Origin: an uncultured bacterium
Lineage (GTDB): Bacteria; SAR324; NAC60-12
NCBI GenBank assembly: GCA_965662845.1
Contig: CBFIJD010000025.1
Span: 1-37,683 of the forward strand
DNA: 37,683 nt
Direction: 5' to 3'
The translations under genes were made by a program, and so were the position numbers. The notes under the pieces were generated by a model, which made no database searches, was not told where the DNA came from, and was given only the letters and a program-made list of their open reading frames with translations. Below are positions 1 through 7,093 of this stretch, one piece after another. Numbering within the stretch: position 1 is the stretch's first letter; each line of letters begins with the position of its first letter.

Positions 1-110
1 CACTGCCAACTGCCAACTGCCAACTGCCAACTGCCAACTGCCAACTGCCAACTGCCAACTGCCCACTGCCCACTGAAAACTGCCCACTGAAAACTGCCCA
101 CTGAAAACTG
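1..110. repeat. Heptamer tandem array (NNNACTG)n, truncated by window edge
   Basis: CCAACTG x8 (6-61), then CCCACTG/AAAACTG units to 110; 15 full units with invariant ACTG. Confidence 0.97.
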
Positions 111-126
111 TTGCCTTGGTTTTTCT

Positions 127-176
127 TTGCACTTCACGTTCACAGCGATTAGACTTGTCCAATTACTTGAACAAGT
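127..176 (+). promoter_or_regulatory. Sigma70-like promoter and YefM-type operator
   Basis: TTGCAC(127-132)-17 bp-TAGACT(150-155); TGTCCA(156-161) and TGAACA(168-173) are TGTACA-like and 12 bp apart. Confidence 0.7.
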
Positions 177-185
177 GAGACGCCC

Positions 186-446
186 ATGAAAGTCATTACC
201 TACTCCCAGGCGCGCAATGCGCTCAAATCGATTCTGGATGGAGTCATTCAGGATGCGGATGTCACCATCATTCGCCGCCGTGACGCGGAAGGAGATGCCG
301 TGGTGATGTCGCTGGACCATTACAACAGCATCATGGAAACCTTGCACCTGACCAGTCATCCAGCGAATGCAGCAGCGCTGGCCCGGGCTATTGCCCAGGA
401 TCAGGCTGGGCAGGCGCAAGAGCACCCACTGCTTCCCGCTGATTGA
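186..446 (+). CDS. yefM: Phd/YefM family antitoxin
   Basis: MKVITYSQARNALKSILD...VVMSLDHYNSIMETLHL is a typical YefM signature; directly upstream of YoeB. Confidence 0.93.
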   Translation: MKVITYSQARNALKSILDGVIQDADVTIIRRRDAEGDAVVMSLDHYNSIMETLHLTSHPANAAALARAIAQDQAGQAQEHPLLPAD

Positions 447-709
447 TCGTGCGCGCCATTCGTTTTGTGCCGGATGCGTGGGAAGCCTACCTATACTGGC
501 ACACTCAGGACAAGAAGACGCTCAAGCGCTTGAATACTCTGATCACAGCGACTGCGCGCGACCCGTTCACGGGAATCGGGAAGCCCGAACCCCTGCGTGG
601 TGACTTATCCGGTTACTGGTCCCGGCGCATTGATGAGGCGCACCGGTTGGTCTACCGGGTCACAGATGAAGAATTGGTGATCATTGCTTGCCGGTTTCAT
701 TATGGATGA
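443..709 (+). CDS. yoeB: Txe/YoeB family toxin (true start may be GTG 449)
   Basis: AWEAYLYW...DPFTGIGKPEPLRGDLSGYWSRRIDEAHRLVY...CRFHY. Confidence 0.95.
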   Translation: MIVRAIRFVPDAWEAYLYWHTQDKKTLKRLNTLITATARDPFTGIGKPEPLRGDLSGYWSRRIDEAHRLVYRVTDEELVIIACRFHYG

Positions 710-741
710 GGCCTTGCCCTATGTGTCAGGATAGTTGTCGC

Positions 742-815
742 AGCGGCTGCACTCCATCGACAAAGCGAAACCGGCTGATGCCGGACCGAACCTGCGCTGG
801 CACTTGGCTGCCGAG
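742..815 (+). repeat. 74-bp dispersed repeat, copy A
   Basis: Ungapped match to 3517-3590 with 15 mismatches by hand count. Confidence 0.85.
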
Positions 816-983
816 AAGTTGACTGAATTCTATCGGAGTGTGTTGCCCAGTGTTGGATGCCCATCTGGCAGGGTTTTATCAAAGGGCAATCGCATGAAGG
901 GAAGCAACCTGCTCATCTTGAAAAAACAGGAGTGAATCGCTGGAGAGGTTCCCTCGCTGGAGTCATGAATGGATCGAAAGGTC

Positions 984-1068
984 CGTCAGTCTCGCGAAGG
1001 CGAGAATCCAGTCAAGGAGGCGAAGGCACTCTGTGCAAGGACTGGATCCCAGCCTGCGCTGAGTTGAA
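984..1068. repeat. Degenerate inverted pair of CGTC-type REP-like palindromes
   Basis: CGTCAGTCTCGCGAAGGCGAGAATCCAGTC ... GACTGGATCCCAGCCTGCGCTGAGTTGA resembles CGTCATTCCCGCGAAGGCGGGAATCCAG-type elements. Confidence 0.6.
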
Positions 1069-1124
1069 ATTTCGTCCCTGCGAGGAGGGAGTAGCCCGAC
1101 ACGGCAGTCCACGCCCGTAAGGCA

Positions 1125-1544
1125 TTACCCAGCAAAACCTTGGATATATTCAACAGGTCGAACTATACGACCATTCGAGTGTGGCTTTTCTAGCAACAGT
1201 CGATCACCTGTCACCAGCAGTGCGCCAGGCTCATGGTCCAACAGTGCCCACAGATGGTCATCGTTCGGATCTGGCGCAGTCCCCGTGTCTTTTGGCACAC
1301 ACCACAATGCATTGGCAGTTAGTTCGGTCAACAACCGCTCGACTTCGGATTCCCCCAGGCCATGTAGCGCCGTTAGCTTGGGCCGGAGCAAAACTGCCCG
1401 GTATTCTGCCAAAAGCCTGGGCGACAACAGGAACAATACACGCCCATTCAACATGCCATCAAGAATTCGTGCCGTTGGGCTTTCCGGCTCAGTCGTGAGC
1501 AAACCAGCCACCAGCACATTGGTATCCACAACTACTCGTTGCAC
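1125..1544 (-). CDS. PIN-domain toxin (putative TA toxin, PIN family)
   Basis: RVVVDTNVLVAGL...LLAEYRAVLLRPK...PDPNDDHL...LVTGDRLLL. Confidence 0.92.
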   Translation of the reverse strand: MQRVVVDTNVLVAGLLTTEPESPTARILDGMLNGRVLFLLSPRLLAEYRAVLLRPKLTALHGLGESEVERLLTELTANALWCVPKDTGTAPDPNDDHLWALLDHEPGALLVTGDRLLLEKPHSNGRIVRPVEYIQGFAG

Positions 1545-1780
1545 CAGCCCTCGCGTTCGGCGTGAACCTCCTCATTCGCCAACTTCAGTGCATCGGGCTC
1601 GGACATTTGTGCTTGCTGACGCGCGTGATCAACCAGCGCCTTTGCACTTGCCATCGGCTTGATTCCACGCAAACGCAATCCTTCCTCAATGATCGACCCG
1701 ATCGAGCGTCCTTGGCGTGATGCAGTTTCTTTCAGCGCGAAATGCATCTCATCATCCAGCGAAATCGTTAAACGCCCCAT
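1532..1780 (-). CDS. Ribbon-helix-helix (CopG-like) antitoxin
   Basis: MGRLTISLDDEMHFALKETASRQGRSIGSIIEEGL; overlaps the PIN gene start; AGGAG RBS upstream of ATG 1780. Confidence 0.88.
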   Translation of the reverse strand: MGRLTISLDDEMHFALKETASRQGRSIGSIIEEGLRLRGIKPMASAKALVDHARQQAQMSEPDALKLANEEVHAEREGWCNE

Positions 1781-1857
1781 GAGCAACTCCTGAGTGATAT
1801 GATTTTGAAAAACTCATAATAGCATCAAAACACCAAATCACACCAGTAAAAGACAGC

Positions 1858-2170
1858 ACTAATTGAAAGCATCCTCGGAGCCCTGATCGAATGGCTCCAG
1901 AGCCCCGAACAGGACTCTTTGCGACGCGCGTTCACGGTGTGGATCAAGCGCGTCTTGTTGCCAGGCCGCCTGCCTGGTGTCCACCTGCCGGAAGTCGGCG
2001 ACCTCCTGGAGATCAAAACCATGTTGGCAGAATCCGTGATCGAATGGACCCAAGACTGGAAGCAGCAAGGGATACATCAGGGAAAAGTCGCCTTGCTGGA
2101 ACGACTGCTGAGCAAACGCTTTGGACCCTTGAACGAATCCACCCGAAACCGACTGAACAACGCCACCCTC
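1858..2170 (+). pseudogene. Rpn/YhgA-like nuclease 3' fragment, copy 1 (truncated at both ends)
   Basis: LIESILGALIEWLQSPEQDSLRRAFTVWIKRVLLPGRLP...MLAESVIEWTQDWKQQGIHQGKVALLERLLSKRFG; no nuclease N-terminus. Confidence 0.8.
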
Positions 2171-2311
2171 ATGCATCGTGAAGAGGATCGTTTGATTATC
2201 GAACCTCCGCGACGACGTGGCCTGCTGGCAACCTAGGCAAAGTTGCCAACACTGGAAGAGGAGTTCCCGGATGTGGATCGAGGGCTGCTGCCTCTGGATT
2301 CTCCTGAGTGA
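2171..2311 (+). pseudogene. vapB: VapB (AbrB/MazE-type) antitoxin remnant
   Basis: MHREEDRLIIEPPRRRGLLAT*AKLPTLEEEFPDVDRGLLPLDSPE*; internal TAG at 2234-2236, N-terminus missing. Confidence 0.72.
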
Positions 2312-2430
2312 TGACCCTTCCGTCCTATTTGCTGGATACGAACATTCTCTCTGACTTGGTGCGTCACCCCCCAGGGCGTCGTGGCCCAAAAAAATGCTGT
2401 GGTGGGGGAGAATGCAGTTTGTACCTCGTT
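2311..2430 (+). pseudogene. vapC: VapC PIN toxin remnant
   Basis: TGATG coupling to vapB; MTLPSYLLDTNILSDLVRHP, frameshift in a C6 run, then QGVVAQKNAVVGENAVCTS, then truncated. Confidence 0.78.
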
Positions 2431-2517
2431 TACGGCCCCTCCAAGCTTCTTGATACCTGACACTGGCCGTAAAGATGGAGCCACCTGACCAAGGCAAAGA
2501 TTTTCTGCTGTTTTATT

Positions 2518-2547
2518 CGTACTCACTAGAGTATGATTATTCATACT
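2518..2547. promoter_or_regulatory. Putative antitoxin operator overlapping a -10 element
   Basis: CGTACT(2518), AGTATG(2530), CATACT(2542) at 12-bp spacing; perfect IR AGTATGA-TTAT-TCATACT; TATGAT at 2532-2537. Confidence 0.6.
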
Positions 2548-2570
2548 TTAATCAACCTTCGGAGGGTACT

Positions 2571-2828
2571 ATGAGTCAATTGGCAGCAAATGATCTAAAG
2601 ACGCGTGGTATTGCGGCCATTGAGGCGGCTTTGCAAGGCCACTCGGAAGCGATCGTGTCGGTACGCGGAAAAGATCGATATGTGGTGATGAGCCTGGAGC
2701 AGTACCAGTATCTACGTGCGTGTGAACTGGAGGCGGCTTTGGTGGAAGCGCGGGCAGATCTCGCCGCAGGTCGGGTGGTGAAGGAGTCCCCAAAGTCTCA
2801 CGTTGTGCGGCTGGATGAGATGGCGTGA
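2571..2828 (+). CDS. Phd/YefM family antitoxin
   Basis: MSQLAANDLKTRG...IVSVRGKDRYVVMSLEQYQYL; GGAGG RBS before ATG 2571; GTGA overlap with toxin. Confidence 0.88.
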   Translation: MSQLAANDLKTRGIAAIEAALQGHSEAIVSVRGKDRYVVMSLEQYQYLRACELEAALVEARADLAAGRVVKESPKSHVVRLDEMA

Positions 2829-3106
2829 GCTATACGCTTGTTTTTACCGAGAGCTATAACCGTCGCGCGGCGAAGTGGTTCAAACGCCATCCGGATCTTC
2901 GCACAACCTATCTGAAAACCCTGCAGTTGCTTGAGCTAAATCCGTTTCACCCCTCTTTGCGTTTGCATGCGTTGCAAGGTCGTCTGCAAGGGTTGCATTC
3001 GGTGTCGATCAATCTCTCCTATCGCATCACGATTGAGCTGCTGCTTTCCGATCAAGAAATCATCTTGTTGAACGTGGACGATCATGAAGCCGTCTATGGC
3101 AAGTGA
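2825..3106 (+). CDS. RelE/ParE superfamily toxin
   Basis: YTLVFTESYNRRA...NPFHPSLRLHALQGRLQGLHSVSINLSYRITI...H..VY. Confidence 0.88.
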   Translation: MSYTLVFTESYNRRAAKWFKRHPDLRTTYLKTLQLLELNPFHPSLRLHALQGRLQGLHSVSINLSYRITIELLLSDQEIILLNVDDHEAVYGK

Positions 3107-3501
3107 AAGGATCTGAGGGGGCCCTGTTTCGACTGGAAAAGAGCCGAACCCCTGAACAGGACTCTTTGCGACGCGCGTTCACGGTGTGGATCAAGCGCGT
3201 CTTGTTGCCAGGCCGCCTGCCTGGTGTCCACCTGCCGGAAGTCGGCAGCCTCCTGGAGATCAAAACCATGTTGGCAGAATCCGTGATCGAATGGACCCAA
3301 GACTGGAAGCAGCAAGGGCTGCAAGAAGGATTGCAGCAAGGGAAAGTCGCCTTGCTGGAACGAATGCTGAGCAAACGCTTTGGACCCTTGAACGAATCCA
3401 CCCGAAGCCGACTGAACAACGCCACCCTCCTGCAACTCGAAGACTGGGCCGAGCGCCTCCTCGATGCCCCAACACTCAAGGACGTATTTGAGGAGGATTG
3501 A
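3103..3501 (+). pseudogene. Rpn/YhgA-like nuclease 3' fragment, copy 2, with DUF4351-like C-terminus
   Basis: ALFRLEKSRTPEQDSLRRAF...LLERMLSKRFGPL...ATLLQLEDWAERLLDAPTLKDVF; 3154-3429 nearly identical to 1907-2170. Confidence 0.8.
3268..3501 (+). CDS. Candidate RpnS-like small protein (77 aa) from an internal start
   Basis: GGAG-ATCAAAACC-ATG precedes MLAESVIEWTQDWKQQGLQEGLQQG...VFEED*. Confidence 0.55.
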   Translation: MLAESVIEWTQDWKQQGLQEGLQQGKVALLERMLSKRFGPLNESTRSRLNNATLLQLEDWAERLLDAPTLKDVFEED

Positions 3502-3516
3502 GTTTGGAGGGGATAA

Positions 3517-3590
3517 AGCGGCTGCACTCCACCGACAAGGCTGGACAGGCCAATGCCGGACAGCACCTCCGCTGGAAGTTTGCTGTCGAG
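3517..3590 (+). repeat. 74-bp dispersed repeat, copy B
   Basis: About 80% identical to 742-815. Confidence 0.85.
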
Positions 3591-3681
3591 CCGTTTTGTC
3601 GTCCTCCCTGCGCAGTTGGGGCAGGCCTCCGGCGCGAATCCCGCTTTGCAGGGCGTTGACTGGACTGTCTGCAATCTGTAA

Positions 3682-3925
3682 CGGCAACTGCACGAAAACC
3701 ACGTGCGCATCTTGGACAATGCCCCCCTCATCATTCCCGCAAAGTGCGAGAATACTTGGCGGAGCACCCGATCAAGACTCTGTTTTTGCCGCCGTACTCT
3801 TCGCACATGAACCCGATCGAGCAGCTGTGGGCTGCCATCAAAAACAGTGGCGACAGCAGCGGGTACAAGGCTTTCCTCAGCTACAAGCGACGGTTGCAGG
3901 CAAGCAAATGATAGACATGATTCAG
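3682..3925 (+). mobile_element. IS630-family transposase C-terminal remnant (frameshifted)
   Basis: ILDNAP/HHSRKVREYLAEHPIKTLFLPPYSSHMNPIEQLWAAIK matches the IS630 DNA..H and LPxYSPxLNPIE motifs; no ends found. Confidence 0.85.
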
Positions 3926-4036
3926 GGCGCGGCGGCTCCAACTCCAGCGGTGCAACGCGTCTCAGGAGCGGTTTGCTGGCGAAATTCTGTGTTGAAGCCC
4001 TGAGCCCCAGACCTTCGGGGAGCAGGCTTTGCCGCG

Positions 4037-4252
4037 CTACGGCCGCTGAGCGTCGTCTTGTTGCGCTTCTGCTGGCTGCGTCTTTGGTGCTGGTGGCGGG
4101 TTTTTGGAGGTGATTTGCTGCGCTTGCCACCACTCAGGGTTCGGCGGCGGTGGAGGCTGCTCATACGGTTGGTGAGCACGCTCATACCAGCCACAGCTAC
4201 TCGCCAACAAAGCGACTGACAACACCCATCCCCTCCTGATTTTTCTGCTCAC
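4037..4252 (-). CDS. Small Pro/Gln-rich lipoprotein (71 aa)
   Basis: AGGAGG RBS then GTG 4252; MSRKIRRGWVLSVALLASS-C lipobox-like signal. Confidence 0.6.
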   Translation of the reverse strand: MSRKIRRGWVLSVALLASSCGWYERAHQPYEQPPPPPNPEWWQAQQITSKNPPPAPKTQPAEAQQDDAQRP

Positions 4253-4395
4253 GATTCCTCCTGTAAATGCAGACTCGCCGTCCTGTGCGAGCCGTTCTAG
4301 CCTTTGTCTTCTTGCGGCGAGATGGTACAAGACCCGCACTAGTTTGTACAACATGCCCTGATGGATTTGCCCCAACTTTCTCGCGAGAATCGCTT

Positions 4396-6036
4396 GTGAA
4401 ACGTCGGTTGCTTTGGTCGGTTCCTTTGGTGCTGCTCGGCGCCGCGCTGCTGTACTTTTTCGTCCTGCTGCCGCGACAGATCGAGCAAGCGTTTCGCGCC
4501 GCGATCCCAGCAGGGGTCGAGGTGACCTACACGGCGTTTGACCTCAGCTTGGTGTCGCAGCGTCTGACTTTGCGCGATGTGGATGTGCTTGCGCCACGGC
4601 AACGCTTTCAAGCAGAGCAGGTCACTCTGCAGCTCAACAATTTTGCTGCGGAGGACGTGCGTTTGGAGATGCAAGAGGTCCAGTATCAGCTGCGAGATCG
4701 CCCGATGACGGTCTTGCTAGAAGCGGCCCAGTTTGCGCAGATCACTTGGCAGGGGCTCGCACCAGAGCTGCTGCAACCCACTGAAGAGAGCGACCTGTCC
4801 GCGCTGCTGTTGGCCTTACCTGAGAACTTTGTGCAAGGTGTGACGTTCTCGAACTTGGTCGTTGCCCATGAGGAAGACACCGTGGGGGTGCGCGAGTGGA
4901 CGATTGCTCGGTTGGGAGCCGGCAAACTCCAAGGGGTTGCGCTGGAAGAGCTGCAGGTGCGCTCGCGTGAATTTGCACAATCTGTTGAGCGTCTGACGCT
5001 GGAAGAGCTTCGGGTTCCTGCCTCGGGGACCATTGAGCTTACCGAGTTGAGCCTGCGGCAGGGCCTAGCGATGATGGGAGACAGCGCGCTGGGGTGGGAA
5101 GAACTCACGCTCGCGCGCTGGGAGAACGATCAGTTCCAAAACTTCTCCATTCGTGGGCTGAAGGCCAGCAATCTGGAGCCGTTTGCGAGTCTGCGCGCGG
5201 GGGCCTTCACCGCGAAAACCCTACCTGTGCCCAATAAGGAACCCACGCTGGCAGAGCAAGAGGCCCAGTGGCTCACTGCCAAACTGGAAGAGGTCGTGAT
5301 TGAAAAACTAGAGGCGCAGTTGCCCACGCAACCAGAGCCAGAGACGATTGAACGCATCACGCTGGGAGCTTTGCATCTTGGGCGCAGCGCGGGGGGCGTC
5401 TTCTATTTGCGAGATTTTGATCTGAGCGTGGAGCAGCTGCGCTTCCACACCGACACTCTCCCTTGGATAGTCCGGCAATCTCTAGGGGACTATCTGCTCG
5501 ACTCCGAGCTGGGCCTGAACGCTTCGGTCAAGGTGCGGGCCGATCATGTCACGAGAGAGATGGCGCTCACGCTCGGGATTGGATTTGAGGAGCTTGCCAA
5601 TCTCTCGTTGGCCGGAGAAGTCCGCAACGTCCCGGCGCCCTTATTCGATTATGCGTACCTGAGCGCGTGGGAACGAGAGCACGCCTTGGAACAAGCCTGG
5701 CCGGAACTAGAGATCGTCTCGCTGGCCGTGGGCTATGAGGAACGTCAATTTTTACAAACCACCCTGCCGCAACAAGCCGAACAGCTGGGCATTGCGACGG
5801 AGGTGTGGATTGACGATTTCACACAAGAGATTGTGCGGCGGGCGCGTGAGGTTGGGTTTCAGCGCGCCGAGGCGTTGGGGAGTGACCTGCGCACGTTTTT
5901 GCAGAATCCGAAATCCATGGAAGTGACGGTGAAACCGAGCACACCGATGCGAGTGGGAGAGATGATGATGATGGGACTGATCAATCGCGACTTGCTGTGG
6001 CGCTCTCTGCAACTTGACTGGCAGGTCAACCCTTGA
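4396..6036 (+). CDS. Hypothetical N-terminally anchored exported protein, beta-rich
   Basis: Long ORF; GTG 4396 gives KRRLLWSVPLVLLGAALLYFFVLL anchor; alternating hydrophobic strands. Confidence 0.8.
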   Translation: MKRRLLWSVPLVLLGAALLYFFVLLPRQIEQAFRAAIPAGVEVTYTAFDLSLVSQRLTLRDVDVLAPRQRFQAEQVTLQLNNFAAEDVRLEMQEVQYQLRDRPMTVLLEAAQFAQITWQGLAPELLQPTEESDLSALLLALPENFVQGVTFSNLVVAHEEDTVGVREWTIARLGAGKLQGVALEELQVRSREFAQSVERLTLEELRVPASGTIELTELSLRQGLAMMGDSALGWEELTLARWENDQFQNFSIRGLKASNLEPFASLRAGAFTAKTLPVPNKEPTLAEQEAQWLTAKLEEVVIEKLEAQLPTQPEPETIERITLGALHLGRSAGGVFYLRDFDLSVEQLRFHTDTLPWIVRQSLGDYLLDSELGLNASVKVRADHVTREMALTLGIGFEELANLSLAGEVRNVPAPLFDYAYLSAWEREHALEQAWPELEIVSLAVGYEERQFLQTTLPQQAEQLGIATEVWIDDFTQEIVRRAREVGFQRAEALGSDLRTFLQNPKSMEVTVKPSTPMRVGEMMMMGLINRDLLWRSLQLDWQVNP

Positions 6037-7093
6037 GCCCCTTCGCTCCGCGACCCTGCGGCTGCTGCTGCGTGATGCAGTGAATCCCTCCACCGCCATG
6101 AATCAGATGCGTGATCGGAACTTGGACGACTCGTCGTCGAGGAAAGTTACGCCGCAAGATATCCAGCGCAGCTTGGTCGTGCGTCGGACTCCCAAAGGCA
6201 GGGAGCACGACACCGTCGTTAGGCAAATAAAAATTGAGGTATGAGCGGCTCAACCGCTCTCCGTTTTGCCGAAATGCAGCGGGAGGTTGCTCGATACAGA
6301 TGACCTTCAGGTCGCGGCCGTGAGCATCCTTCGCTTGCAACAAACGTCGGAGATTGTCTTGAAGTGGCGCAAAATTGGGGTCGGTTGGGTCGTTACAGAT
6401 GAGCGCCATCACGACTCCAGGAGCGACAAAGCAGGCGAGGTTGTCTACATGCCCGTTGGTCTCATCGTCTTGCAGACCCTTCCCCAGCCAAATCACCTTC
6501 CGCACACCTAAAAACTTCTCAAAAATCGCTGCAAAATCCGCTTTGCTTTTGTCTGGATTGCGGCTCAGCAAACACTGCTCCGTCGTGAGAAGAGTCCCTT
6601 CGCCATCGACATGAATGCTCCCCCCTTCCAAGACAAGCGAGGCGTCGAGGCGAGGAACGTCGGCTTCTTCTAGCATGCGAGCGGCGAGCGCAATGTCGTC
6701 TCGGAACTCATCATGCGGAGGGGAGGTCCCATCCGGCTGAAGCGCGAGCCCTCCGTATGCGTTAAAGTGCCAATTCACGCCTGCGAGCGCGTCGTTTTTA
6801 GGGTTACGCACGAAGGTGGGGCCGGTGTCACGAGCCCATGAGTCGCTGAGCGCGAAGGTTTTCACGGTGACGCTTGGGCCGCAGGCGGCGACGGCTTCAG
6901 CACGATCGGCAGCGCGAGCCAGCAGCGTGACAGGCTCAAACTGAGCGATCGCTTGGGCCACCGTCGCAACGTCGACTTTGGCGCCGCCGAAGTGTCCGTG
7001 GAAGGTCGCTTCACGGCAAGGCCAGATCATCCAGGTGCGTTGATGAGGTTCCCACTCGGCAGGCATGCGCCAGAGAGCTGCAGATTCAGTCAC
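6026..7093 (-). CDS. aguA: Agmatine deiminase family protein
   Basis: MPAEWEPH, WARDTGP, LEGGSIHVDGEG, DETNGHVDN, GGGIHCITQQQP; GTG 7093 is the inferred start. Confidence 0.92.
   Translation of the reverse strand: MTESAALWRMPAEWEPHQRTWMIWPCREATFHGHFGGAKVDVATVAQAIAQFEPVTLLARAADRAEAVAACGPSVTVKTFALSDSWARDTGPTFVRNPKNDALAGVNWHFNAYGGLALQPDGTSPPHDEFRDDIALAARMLEEADVPRLDASLVLEGGSIHVDGEGTLLTTEQCLLSRNPDKSKADFAAIFEKFLGVRKVIWLGKGLQDDETNGHVDNLACFVAPGVVMALICNDPTDPNFAPLQDNLRRLLQAKDAHGRDLKVICIEQPPAAFRQNGERLSRSYLNFYLPNDGVVLPAFGSPTHDQAALDILRRNFPRRRVVQVPITHLIHGGGGIHCITQQQPQGRGAKGLKG

Noticed and set aside
1..110. CRISPR array or coding repeat
   Set aside because: Contiguous 7-bp units with no spacers, no cas genes, and no start or RBS context.
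735..1120. ORFs 735..935 and 857..1120 as real genes
   Set aside because: No clear RBS or family motif; they run through the dispersed repeat and the REP-like element.
186..3925. Integron cassette array
   Set aside because: No convincing RYYYAAC...GTTRRRY attC pairs after the genes and no intI in the window.
3464..4003. 179-aa plus-strand ORF as an intact gene
   Set aside because: Mosaic of the dispersed repeat and mostly off-frame IS630 remnant.
3060..4133. 357-aa minus-strand ORF (also 1859..2497 and 3094..3702)
   Set aside because: Antisense shadows crossing unrelated plus-strand fragments (Rpn, IS630).
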